Shown: piece after piece, positions 52,801 through 60,728 of the stretch
Layout of the letters: each line of letters starts with the position of its first letter
Numbering within the stretch: the stretch's first letter is position 1
Assembly: GCA_903872345.1 (NCBI GenBank)
Contig: CAIQKM010000174.1
Span: forward strand, 8,019 to 72,018
Source of the DNA: an uncultured Verrucomicrobia subdivision 3 bacterium
GTDB taxonomy: Bacteria > Verrucomicrobiota > Verrucomicrobiia > Limisphaerales > UBA11358
Direction of reading: 5' to 3'
Length of the DNA: 64,000 bases
The notes under the pieces: generated by a model
What the model saw: only the letters and a program-made list of their open reading frames with translations
Told to the model about the DNA's origin: nothing
Database searches by the model: none
Translations under genes and position numbers: made by a program

Positions 52801-52903
52801 ACATGCCAATCGCAAAAAACAGCCGGCACCCGCAACTTTTTATTATTTGGGCGACACAAGGGGACATCACCGCAGTTTGACGGCTGCCCGCCAAAATCCG
52901 CAA
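49838..52903 (-). CDS. Sensor histidine kinase with periplasmic two-component-regulator beta-propeller repeats plus a Y_Y_Y domain, one TM helix, HisKA_3 and HATPase_c
   Basis: Propeller repeats (LWVGTYNGLARFDG, LWIGTESGEVAQY, and others). Y_Y_Y: RIEFEYNGLSFVAPEKVRFKCRL...GKYSFQVIACNNDGVW. HisKA_3: ERSRIAQDIHDDLGAQL. HATPase: EALHNAVKHSGA...DNGRGF...GNGLENMRRR. The exact start is uncertain (52903 or 52867). Confidence 0.92.
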   Translation of the reverse strand: MRILAGSRQTAVMSPCVAQIIKSCGCRLFFAIGMFLAWIGAAAPNYFTRTWQVEQGLPQNKVTAVVQTHDGYLWVGTYNGLARFDGVSFKVFDENNTPDLHSSRITSLFESADGTLWIGTESGEVAQYQDGRFTAVPLHVNWSGGKIYAITADHAGDVWLLNEAGELACARDGKLLSPAAGVVSKVVALARSEEGTIWVEREGVVSALKDAQLTVVISTNDYVQGICAAHGGGFWVACNSTVRKWKDGKWTGDLGAAPWGWDVMANLTETSAGVLVGGTSGDGLWLFSAGQTNTPALHFDHTSGLPSDWVLSTWEDREKNLWCGTGAGLAAIRPSNLETISPPDKWKGRPVLSVLPMPDGVLWVGTEGAGLYRLQNGGWTNFSPDQGIRNPYIWSLAADGGGKIWAGTWGGGLFAQKDSAFDFAPGLENFLLPAPALLFLGDELWIGTPAGALRYQNGKAERFTEIAGQPFGDVRAIARDQAGALWFGTAGGGLVCRENGTFRRFNKADGLASDFVECLHFADDGTLWIGTFGGGLNRFKGGKFAVINVAQGLPNSVIGHIEADGRGYFWMSSYGGILRAKEADLNRCADGTLPQAAFLTYGINDGLPTLECSEGLQAAGGKTADGRLWFPTSKGLVAVDPGGVKTNPLPPPVRIEQMLVDDKKFAEGNAAGPLKVPPGRHRIEFEYNGLSFVAPEKVRFKCRLNHFETDWADAGAKRVATYNFIPPGKYSFQVIACNNDGVWNETGASLEFQVLPYFWQTAWFDFLGGLATVLAASGAVWFDTRRRMRRKLERAERQRDIEHERSRIAQDIHDDLGAQLTRITMMSESARGDLGDPGRAAAGLGKIYDTARELTRSMDEIVWAVSPRHDTLESLASYLEKFAHDWLATAGFRCRLDLPLQFPEWHLTSEVRHNVFLAFKEALHNAVKHSGASEVLIRLAVKEKTFELVVEDNGRGFSAGEKAGGPPATPGRPASGNGLENMRRRLLTIGGSCEIHSVPGAGTKVVFSLQTKAPAAGKPGR

Positions 52904-52999
52904 GTCAAAACCCCGCCGGCCTCATCCATTTTAACGACATGACAAATCCGCCGGCCTTGGCAAAATTTAACAACTGTCACCTCCAAATATTTATACGTC

Positions 53000-55393
53000 A
53001 TGATTGCCTTAAAAATCATTCTCCGGACATGCCTGGTCTGCCTGGCCCTGGCCGCCAATGCCGCCACCCCCCCGATATTAAACGATCCCGTGGACGTCAG
53101 CGGCGACTTCCGCGCCCTCGAGAATTCCTACTATCTGGCGGACCGGCTGGGTGATTTCAATCCGGACACGCACAGCGGAACCATCATTTACCAGCGCGCG
53201 CAGTATCGCGTCCGCCACGCCTTTGACAATGACCTTTCCCTCATCACCCCCGTCCCGCCCAACGAGTTCCCCGAAAACGAGTACGCCGCCAATCCCGCGC
53301 TGCCGTTTTCCGTCGAGTTCGTCTCGCCCCGCGCCTTGCGCATTAAAATGACCAGTGGTCCGCAGACCCATCCCTCGCAGCCGGAACTCATGCTCGCCGG
53401 CGACGTACCGTCGGATGATTCGTGGAAATATGAGAAAATCCCCGGCGGCCACCGTTACACCAGCACCGCCGGTTCCGTGACCATTCGGGAACAGCCATTT
53501 CATTTGGAATTGCGCGATGCCGCCGGCAAATTGCTGACCGCCACCGACCACGCCGACGACAACAAGTCCACCTTCAGCCCCGTGCTGCCCTTTTCCTTCG
53601 TCCGCCGCGCGGCGGACTATTCGCGCAGTTACAACGCGGCATTTACGCTGGCCCCCGGCGAAAAACTGTTCGGCACCGGCGAATCCTTTACCGGCCTCGA
53701 CAAGCGCGGCCAAAAACTTGTGCTCTGGACCGACGACGCCAATGGCATTGAAAACCCGGGCGTTTACAAGCCCGTGCCCTTTTTCATGAGCAACCGCGGC
53801 TATGGCATGTTCCTCCACACCAGCACACCGATCACCCTGGATTTCGGCCACGATTTCAGCGGCCTCAACTCGATGATGGTGGGCGACGACGAATTGGACC
53901 TGTTTGTCTTCCTCGGCACGCCCAAGGAAATCCTGGACGAATACACCAAACTCACCGGCAAAGCCCCCCTGCCCCCGCTGTGGTCCTTCGGCCTGTGGAT
54001 GAGCCGCTGCACCTATAACGCCGAACAGCAGGTGCGCGATATCGCCGCCAAGCTGCGCGATAACAAAATCCCCTGCGACGTGTTGCACCTCGACACCGGC
54101 TGGTTTGAAACCGACTGGCAATGTGATTATGAATTCTCCAAAACGCGCTTCACCGACCCGAAGAAAATGCTCGCCGACCTGAAAAGCGACGGCTTCCGCG
54201 TCTCCTGCTGGCAGTTGCCCTACTTTGTGCCCAAAAACAAACTGTTCCCCGAGCTCGTCGCCCAAAACCTCGTCGTCCGCGACGCCAAGGGCAATCTCCC
54301 CTACGAGGACGCCGTGCTGGATTTCTCCAACCCCAAAACCGTCGAATGGTACCAGGGCAAGCTGGCGAATCTGCTGAATGAAGGCGTCTCCGCCATCAAG
54401 GTGGATTTCGGCGAAGCCGCGCCCAACAACGGCATCTGGGCCAATGGCCGCACCGGCTTCTACGAACACAACCTCTTCCCCCTCCGCTACAACAAAGCCG
54501 TGGCGGACATCACGAAACAAACCACCGGCGACAACATCATCTGGGCGCGCAGCGCCTGGGCCGGCAGCCAGCGTTATCCGATCCACTGGGGCGGCGACGC
54601 CGAAAGCACCGACGCCGGCATGGCGGCGGAATTGCGCGGCGGACTTTCGTTCGGCCTCTCCGGCTTTTCGTTCTGGAGCCACGATGTCGGCGGCTTCACC
54701 GCCACGTCGGTGGATAACATGGACAAAGACCTTTTTGCCCGCTGGCTCGCGTTCGGCATGTTAAGTTCCCACAGCCGCTGCCACGGCATCGCTCCCAAGG
54801 AACCGTGGCTCTACGGCACCGAGTTCATGGCCAAGTTCCGCACGATTGACGAAATGAAGTACAAGCTCATGCCTTACGTCTATGCCCAGGCCAAGGATTC
54901 CTCCGAACACGGCCTGCCCATGGTGCGCGCCCTCTTTGTCGAATTCCCCAATGACCCCGGCTCCTGGCTCGTGGATGACGAATACTTCTACGGCTCCAGC
55001 CTGCTGGTAGCGCCGCTGCTGCACAAAAACGAATCTTCGCGGGCCGTCTATCTGCCGCCGGGAACGTGGATTGATTATCAGACCGGCAAAGCCTATACCG
55101 GCGGCTGGCAGACCATCGAGGCCGGCGCCATTCCGGAAATCATCCTCGTCCGCGATGGCACCGTGCTCCCCCACATCGCGCTGGCGCAAAGCACCGCGCA
55201 GCTGGACTGGTCCAAGCTGGAACTGCGCGTTTACGCCCAAGACGCGACCACGGCGAAGGGCCTCGTGTTCCTGCCCGGCGACAGCGCGGCGCACGAAGTG
55301 TCCGTGACCAAGTCCGGCGACAAATTCAATCTGGACTCCGACCCGCTGAACGGGAAAACCGCGTGGACCATTTCCGCCGGGGAAGTCCGTTGA
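53000..55393 (+). CDS. GH31 alpha-xylosidase/alpha-glucosidase (YicI-like), secreted
   Basis: LHLDTGWF, IKVDFGE and HWGGDAESTDAGMAAELRGGLSFGLSGFSFWSHDVGGF...LLSSHSRCHG are collinear with recalled E. coli YicI. Confidence 0.9.
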   Translation: MIALKIILRTCLVCLALAANAATPPILNDPVDVSGDFRALENSYYLADRLGDFNPDTHSGTIIYQRAQYRVRHAFDNDLSLITPVPPNEFPENEYAANPALPFSVEFVSPRALRIKMTSGPQTHPSQPELMLAGDVPSDDSWKYEKIPGGHRYTSTAGSVTIREQPFHLELRDAAGKLLTATDHADDNKSTFSPVLPFSFVRRAADYSRSYNAAFTLAPGEKLFGTGESFTGLDKRGQKLVLWTDDANGIENPGVYKPVPFFMSNRGYGMFLHTSTPITLDFGHDFSGLNSMMVGDDELDLFVFLGTPKEILDEYTKLTGKAPLPPLWSFGLWMSRCTYNAEQQVRDIAAKLRDNKIPCDVLHLDTGWFETDWQCDYEFSKTRFTDPKKMLADLKSDGFRVSCWQLPYFVPKNKLFPELVAQNLVVRDAKGNLPYEDAVLDFSNPKTVEWYQGKLANLLNEGVSAIKVDFGEAAPNNGIWANGRTGFYEHNLFPLRYNKAVADITKQTTGDNIIWARSAWAGSQRYPIHWGGDAESTDAGMAAELRGGLSFGLSGFSFWSHDVGGFTATSVDNMDKDLFARWLAFGMLSSHSRCHGIAPKEPWLYGTEFMAKFRTIDEMKYKLMPYVYAQAKDSSEHGLPMVRALFVEFPNDPGSWLVDDEYFYGSSLLVAPLLHKNESSRAVYLPPGTWIDYQTGKAYTGGWQTIEAGAIPEIILVRDGTVLPHIALAQSTAQLDWSKLELRVYAQDATTAKGLVFLPGDSAAHEVSVTKSGDKFNLDSDPLNGKTAWTISAGEVR

Positions 55394-55395
55394 AT

Positions 55396-57300
55396 ATGAA
55401 GTTAAACAAGCCATACCTGCTCGCCGCCGCGCTGCTCTGTTCCGCGCTGCTTTGCCGCGCGGGAAATTACACCAACTTTTCCGTCGCCGTTTACATCCCC
55501 ATCCCCGTCGTCCAAAGCTTTGAAAACCCGCAAAAGCTCCAGGCCGACTGGGATTGCATCAGCCGCCAGTTGAAGGTGGACAAAGTCTATATCGAAGTGC
55601 AGCGCGACCGGCGGCTGCTTTCCGATGATCTGACCGAGCGTGTTAAAAAATTCTTCCAGGACCGCGGCGTGCGGACCGCCGGCGGCATGGCGCTGTCCGA
55701 AAGAAACATCGGCGGTCAGTTTCAATCCTTCTGCTACACCGACCCTGCCGACCGTGCCTTCATCAAAAGCGCGGCGGAATTTGCGGCCAGACATTTCGAT
55801 GAAGTCATCCAGGACGATTTCTTTTTCGTCACCACGAAAAACGATTCCGACATCGCCGCCAAGGGCGGCAAAAGCTGGACGCAGTTCCGTCTGGAATTGC
55901 TGGACGACGCGGCGGAAAACCTGATCGTGAAGCCTGCCAAAGCCGTCAATCCCAAGGTGAAAATGGTCGTCAAGTTCCCGAACTGGTACGAGCATTTTCG
56001 GGGTTCCGGCTATGATCTGGACAAGGAACCGAAAATTTTCGACGGCATCTACACCGGCACCGAAACGCGCGACCCCGTCATCACCGACCAGCATTTGCAG
56101 CAATACGAAAGCTACAATATCATCCGCTATTTCGAGCATATCGCCCCGGGGCGCAATGGCGGCGGCTGGGTGGACACCTTCAGCATCCGTTACCTCGACC
56201 GCTATGCCGAGCAGGTTTGGGACACCCTGTTTGCCAAGGCCCCCGAGTTCACCGTTTTCGAGTGGTCGGCCATGACGCGCCCGTTTGAAACCGGCGACCG
56301 CGCTGCGTGGGAAAAACTGCCCACCAGCTTCAATTTTTCCGAAATGACCAACGGCGTTGCCAATCCCACCTGGGCGCGCGTGGCCGGCTATTCGCTGGAA
56401 CAGGCGGATAAATTCCTTGGCCGGCTGGGCAACCCCGTCGGCATCCCCAGTTATCGTCCAATCTCGGGCGGCGGCGAAGATTTCCTGCACAATTACCTCG
56501 GCAATCTCGGCATTCCCATTGACCTGCGCCCGGAATTCCCCACCAACGCCAGCTTGATCCTGCTCACCGAATCCGCCAAGGCCGACCCCGACCTCGTTGC
56601 CAAAATCAAAGGCCAGTTACACGCCGGCAAATCCGTGGTCATCACCTCCGGCCTGCTCCATGCCCTGCAGGATCGGGGCATTGAAGACCTCGCGGAAATC
56701 CGCTGGACCGACCGGAAATTTCTTGCTCACAAATACGCCGGCGGTTTCGGCGCGGGCGATTTCACCACCCTGGACGCCGGCACGAACCATGACGTGCTCT
56801 ACCCCGAAATTGATTTCCTCACCAATGACTCCTGGTCACTCGTTCGTGCCGAGGCCAACGGCAACAGCTTCCCGCTCCTGCTCCTGAACCGTTACTCGCA
56901 CGGCACGTTTTACGTCTGGACCATGCCGGACAATTTCAACGACCTTTACGCCCTCCCGCCGGAAGTCACTGGCGCGGTTAAAAACTACCTCCTGCGCGGA
57001 TTTCCCGTGCGGCTGGATGGCCCGGCGCAAGTGTCCCTCTTCGCCTACGACAACGGCGCCTTCATCGTGCAAAACTTTGCGGACACCGCTGCCGATGTGA
57101 AAATCTCCACGCTCGGCAATTTCGCCAAATTGAAAAACCTCGCCACCGGCGAAACGCTGGCCGGCCAATTGCCGCCACCTCGCGGCTGGAATTGGCGCAA
57201 TGAAAACAACGAAGACCGCGTCGCATTCGCCACCCACCTGCCGCCGCACAGCTACGCCGCATTCGCTCCCGACAACGCGGCGCAAGCTGGCACCCGCTGA
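55396..57300 (+). CDS. Secreted protein of unknown function (634 aa), a candidate uncharacterised glycan-active enzyme
   Basis: ATG 55396 lies 2 nt after the GH31 stop. Signal peptide MKLNKPYLLAAALLCSALLCRAG. I recognise no catalytic family motif. The alternating beta/alpha pattern in the first ~300 aa is compatible with a TIM-barrel-like domain, which is an inference only. Confidence 0.8.
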   Translation: MKLNKPYLLAAALLCSALLCRAGNYTNFSVAVYIPIPVVQSFENPQKLQADWDCISRQLKVDKVYIEVQRDRRLLSDDLTERVKKFFQDRGVRTAGGMALSERNIGGQFQSFCYTDPADRAFIKSAAEFAARHFDEVIQDDFFFVTTKNDSDIAAKGGKSWTQFRLELLDDAAENLIVKPAKAVNPKVKMVVKFPNWYEHFRGSGYDLDKEPKIFDGIYTGTETRDPVITDQHLQQYESYNIIRYFEHIAPGRNGGGWVDTFSIRYLDRYAEQVWDTLFAKAPEFTVFEWSAMTRPFETGDRAAWEKLPTSFNFSEMTNGVANPTWARVAGYSLEQADKFLGRLGNPVGIPSYRPISGGGEDFLHNYLGNLGIPIDLRPEFPTNASLILLTESAKADPDLVAKIKGQLHAGKSVVITSGLLHALQDRGIEDLAEIRWTDRKFLAHKYAGGFGAGDFTTLDAGTNHDVLYPEIDFLTNDSWSLVRAEANGNSFPLLLLNRYSHGTFYVWTMPDNFNDLYALPPEVTGAVKNYLLRGFPVRLDGPAQVSLFAYDNGAFIVQNFADTAADVKISTLGNFAKLKNLATGETLAGQLPPPRGWNWRNENNEDRVAFATHLPPHSYAAFAPDNAAQAGTR

Positions 57301-57304
57301 AGAA

Positions 57305-57381
57305 GTAGCAGCCGACGTAAGGAGGCTCTGAATAGACAAGCGCTTCCAAAGATATTTGAGCCTCCTTACGTCGGCTGCTAC
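57305..57381. repeat. REPIN-like doublet, copy 3 (with a compensatory substitution)
   Basis: GTAGCAGCCGACGTAAGGAGGCTC (57305-57328), a 29-nt spacer, then GAGCCTCCTTACGTCGGCTGCTAC (57358-57381). It starts 4 nt after stop 57300. Confidence 0.85.
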
Positions 57382-57489
57382 GGCGGAAGCGTTTTTCGAC
57401 GGGCTGCCGCCCCCCCTCCAACTCGTTTGTTTTCATGACAAGACAAACGCGATCAAATTGCCCATCCTGTGCCCATTCAAAGACCAATC

Positions 57490-59961
57490 ATGAGACACCT
57501 CCGCCTGACCTTTGTCCTCGCCCTGCTGCTGGGCGCTTTTTCCTCGTTTGCAGAAACCGATTCGCCGCGCGAAAAATTGCTGATGGATTCCGGCTGGCGC
57601 TTTGCCTTCGGCCACGCGACCGACCCGTCAAAAGATTTTGATCCCGCGCCCGCGAGCGAGATGTTCAATTACCTCACCAAGGCCGGCAACGCCCGGGGCG
57701 CGGCCGCGGCGCGTTTCGATGACAGCGACTGGCGCAAACTGGATCTCCCCCACGACTGGGCCGTGGAAGCCCCCTTCGACTGGCGCGGCAGCGGCAGTCA
57801 CGGCTACAAGGCCATCGGCAAAAACTTTCCCGAACGCAGCGTCGGCTGGTATCGCAAGTCCTTCGCCATTCCCGCCACCGACCTGGGCCGCCGCATCACC
57901 GTGGATTTCGACGGCACCTTCCGCGATTCCCAGGTCTGGGTCAACGGCTTCTACCTCGGCCGCGAAGCCAGCGGCTACCTGCCCTTCAGCTACGACATCA
58001 GCGATTATCTCAATTATGGCGGCAACAACACCATCGCCGTGCGCGTGGATGCCACCCTCGAAGAAGGCTGGTTTTACGAGGGCGCGGGCATCTACCGCCA
58101 CGTCTGGCTGACCAAAACCGCGCCGCTGCACGTTGCCCGGTACGGAACGTTTGTCACGACCGAGGTCAAAAAGAATTCCGCCGCCGTGACCGCGCGCGTC
58201 ACCGTCAACAACGACCAGCCGACGAATGCCTTGTTTGAAATACGACAGGCCATTTTGGACGCGGAGGGCCAAACCCTCGCCACCGGCAAGCTCCGGAAAC
58301 TGTCCCTCGCGCCCGGCGAATCCCGCGAGTTTTCCTCCGTCCTCGGCGTGTCGCACCCGAAACTCTGGTCCTGCGAGACACCCACGCTGCACCAACTCGT
58401 CACCACCGTCTGCCAGGGAGATAAGATTGTTGACCGTTACGAAACGCCGTTCGGCATCCGCACCCTGCGCTGGGACGCGAACAGCGGGTTTTATCTGAAC
58501 GGCCGGCGCGTGCAGTTGAAGGGAACCTGCGACCATCAAGACCACGCCGGCATCGGCGCGGCCCTGCCCGACGGCGTGAATGAATTCCGGGTGGAACAGT
58601 TGAAGAAGATGGGATCGAACGCCATCCGCACCAGCCACAACGCCCCCACCCCCGAACTGCTCGATATCTGCGACCGCCTCGGCATGTTGGTCATGGATGA
58701 AAACCGCGAATACGGCATCAACCCGCAGCAACTCGACGGGCTCAAGCGGCTGATGTTGCGTGACCGCAATCATCCCAGCGTCATCATCTGGTCGCTCGGC
58801 AACGAGGAATGGAGCATCGAAGGCGCGGACAAAGGCACGCGCATCACGCAGACGATGCAGACTTTCGCACAGCGGCTCGACCCCACCCGCCGCTTTACCG
58901 CCGCCGACAGCGGCGGCTGGGGCGGGGGCACTTCCGTGAGCATTGATGTGATGGGCTTCAATTACTACTCCCATGGCAACACTGATCAATACCACCGCCA
59001 GTTTCCCAACAAACCTTCCGTCGCCACCGAGGACGGCAGCACATTTTCCACGCGCGGCGTTTACGTCCAGGACCGCGAACACCAGCACCTGACCGCCTAC
59101 GACGTGAACAAGGCGGACTGGAGCCTGCTGGCGGAGGAATCCTGGCCCTACTATGCCGCGCGGCCCTACATCGCCGGGCAATTCCAGTGGACGGGCTTTG
59201 ATTATCGCGGCGAGGAAACGCCCTTTGGCTGGCCCGCCATCAGCTCGCAATTCGGCATCCTCGACGTCTGCGGCTTCCCCAAGGACAATTTTTACTATTA
59301 TCAGGCGTGGTGGTCGGATCATCCCGTGCTGCACCTGCTGCCGCACTGGAACTGGCCAGGCAAGGAAGGCCAGGACATTGACGTCTGGGCGCATGGCAAC
59401 TGCGAGGAGGTCGAACTCTTCCTCAACGGCGTGAGCCAAGGCCGGAAAAACATGCCCAAAAACTCGCACCTGGAATGGAAGGTGAAATATGCGCCCGGCG
59501 CCCTGCTCGCCCGGGGTTACACCGGTGGCAAAGAAATCATCACGGACAAAGTCGAAACCACCGGCGCGCCCCAGGCCGTCCAACTCGCCCCCAACCACGC
59601 CGCGCTCAAAGCCGACGGCGAGGATGTCTCCGTCATCACCGTTTCCGTCACCGACGCCCAGGGCCGCCCCGTGCCGGATGCCGCGAACAACGTCCATTTT
59701 GAACTGGCCGGGCCGGGCAAAATCCTCGGCGTCGGCAACGGTGACCCGTCCTCGCACGAACCCGACGTTTTCCTGCCCACCGGAGATCGCGCACCGGAGT
59801 GGCAGCGCGGCCTGTTCAACGGCCTCGCGCAGATCATCATTCAATCCTGCAAGGAACCGGGCGAAATCAAACTCACCGCACACGCCGACGGCCTGACACC
59901 CGTCACCCTGGTCATCCCATCGCAACCCGCCACCCCGCGCCCGGCGGTCGCCGGCAGATAA
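57490..59961 (+). CDS. GH2 glycoside hydrolase (beta-galactosidase family), secreted
   Basis: The same GH2 hallmarks as 42214..45087 are present: DWRKLDLPHDWAVE, VDFDGTFRDSQVWVNG, NAIRTSHNAP, WSLGNE, GQFQWTGFDYRGE. The start chosen is ATG 57490 (MRHLRLTFVLALLLGAFSSFA). Confidence 0.9.
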   Translation: MRHLRLTFVLALLLGAFSSFAETDSPREKLLMDSGWRFAFGHATDPSKDFDPAPASEMFNYLTKAGNARGAAAARFDDSDWRKLDLPHDWAVEAPFDWRGSGSHGYKAIGKNFPERSVGWYRKSFAIPATDLGRRITVDFDGTFRDSQVWVNGFYLGREASGYLPFSYDISDYLNYGGNNTIAVRVDATLEEGWFYEGAGIYRHVWLTKTAPLHVARYGTFVTTEVKKNSAAVTARVTVNNDQPTNALFEIRQAILDAEGQTLATGKLRKLSLAPGESREFSSVLGVSHPKLWSCETPTLHQLVTTVCQGDKIVDRYETPFGIRTLRWDANSGFYLNGRRVQLKGTCDHQDHAGIGAALPDGVNEFRVEQLKKMGSNAIRTSHNAPTPELLDICDRLGMLVMDENREYGINPQQLDGLKRLMLRDRNHPSVIIWSLGNEEWSIEGADKGTRITQTMQTFAQRLDPTRRFTAADSGGWGGGTSVSIDVMGFNYYSHGNTDQYHRQFPNKPSVATEDGSTFSTRGVYVQDREHQHLTAYDVNKADWSLLAEESWPYYAARPYIAGQFQWTGFDYRGEETPFGWPAISSQFGILDVCGFPKDNFYYYQAWWSDHPVLHLLPHWNWPGKEGQDIDVWAHGNCEEVELFLNGVSQGRKNMPKNSHLEWKVKYAPGALLARGYTGGKEIITDKVETTGAPQAVQLAPNHAALKADGEDVSVITVSVTDAQGRPVPDAANNVHFELAGPGKILGVGNGDPSSHEPDVFLPTGDRAPEWQRGLFNGLAQIIIQSCKEPGEIKLTAHADGLTPVTLVIPSQPATPRPAVAGR

Positions 59962-59986
59962 GGCATTTGTTTTAAGCAGAAGGAAA

Positions 59987-60017
59987 CAAAGGCAACGAAG
60001 AGTCTTCGTTTCCTTTG
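59987..60017 (+). repeat. Hairpin immediately after the GH2 stop
   Basis: CAAAGGCAACGAAGA-g-TCTTCGTTTCCTTTG is a 15-bp stem with 1 mismatch and no T-tract. Confidence 0.55.
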
Positions 60018-60055
60018 CGGACTCCGCACCGTCATGAACCGCCCCAATTTTACGA

Positions 60056-60170
60056 ATTCGTGCTCCTTGGTGAAATTCGTGTCCCGCCCCGTTTTTCCCC
60101 TGCGTTCCTCCGCGTTCTCCGCGCCTCAGCGTTAATCCCATCCCCATTCGTGTTCTTTTGTCCATTCGTG
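60056..60170 (+). repeat. Array of short direct repeats (4x ATTCGTG in two pairs, 3x GCGTT)
   Basis: ATTCGTG occurs at 60056, 60075, 60146 and 60164, with pair spacings of 19 and 18 nt. TGCGTTCC, CGCGTTCT and AGCGTTAA lie between the pairs. The array is upstream of the lipoprotein gene. Confidence 0.6.
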
Positions 60171-60222
60171 GTTAAACCGGCCGGGCCGAAACCATTCATG
60201 CGATTCAGTGTTAAATCACACC

Positions 60223-60453
60223 ATGAAGAAATCGTTCGCACTCTTAATCGCGACCGGCGCAATGTTTCCGGGCGGCGGTTGCACCACCAACCATGGCCAG
60301 GCTGGCACCAAATGGGAGTATCAGGAGGCGGCGAACAGCGCGGAAGCAAATCAGATGGCAGACAAGGGATGGATTGTTGCGGGTTTCAACAAATATACCG
60401 ACGCCACCGGCCAACCCCAGACTGATTACACGATGAAGCGGCCAAAGCAGTGA
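60223..60453 (+). CDS. Small lipoprotein (76 aa), DUF4177-like
   Basis: MKKSFALLIATGAMFPGGGC carries a lipobox. KWEYQ...ADKGWIVAGF resembles the DUF4177 pattern from memory. This is a weak call. Confidence 0.55.
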   Translation: MKKSFALLIATGAMFPGGGCTTNHGQAGTKWEYQEAANSAEANQMADKGWIVAGFNKYTDATGQPQTDYTMKRPKQ

Positions 60454-60494
60454 GGTGGCCAACCTGCCACGCGCCTATTCATCCGTCATGGGCG

Positions 60495-60515
60495 TTCGAT
60501 GTTGGCCGTTGGTTG
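60495..60515 (+). repeat. Three tandem degenerate heptamers (TTGGNNG type)
   Basis: TTCGATG TTGGCCG TTGGTTG, 42 nt downstream of stop 60453. It has the same orientation relative to its upstream gene as the array at 5772-5806. Confidence 0.5.
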
Positions 60516-60539
60516 TTTCAAATTTCGCCCCCCTTGGGC

Positions 60540-60568
60540 GGAGCGCGGCTGTGTTGGAGACCAGCCGC
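60540..60568 (+). repeat. Third copy of the GGAGCGCGGCTG...CAGCCGC hairpin motif
   Basis: GGAGCGCGGCTG-tgttggagac-CAGCCGC. GCGCGGCTG recurs at 60604-60612. Confidence 0.55.
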
Positions 60569-60728
60569 AACGTGGTTAGCAACGGGCGCGTGGAACAATC
60601 CGGCGCGGCTGAACGTTCGGACATTGCTGCTCCTGCGTTAAATCAAACCAAATCAAGCCTGTCGTCATTATTTTTGACGACAAGCTCGCCACCGCTTTAT
60701 AGACTAGCCTTCTCTCAAATCAACCACT

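Noticed and set aside
60056-60170. Short direct repeats that might suggest a mini-CRISPR array.
   Set aside because: The repeats are only 7 nt, are irregularly spaced (18, 19 and 71 nt), and have no spacer-like unique segments of uniform length or any cas genes.
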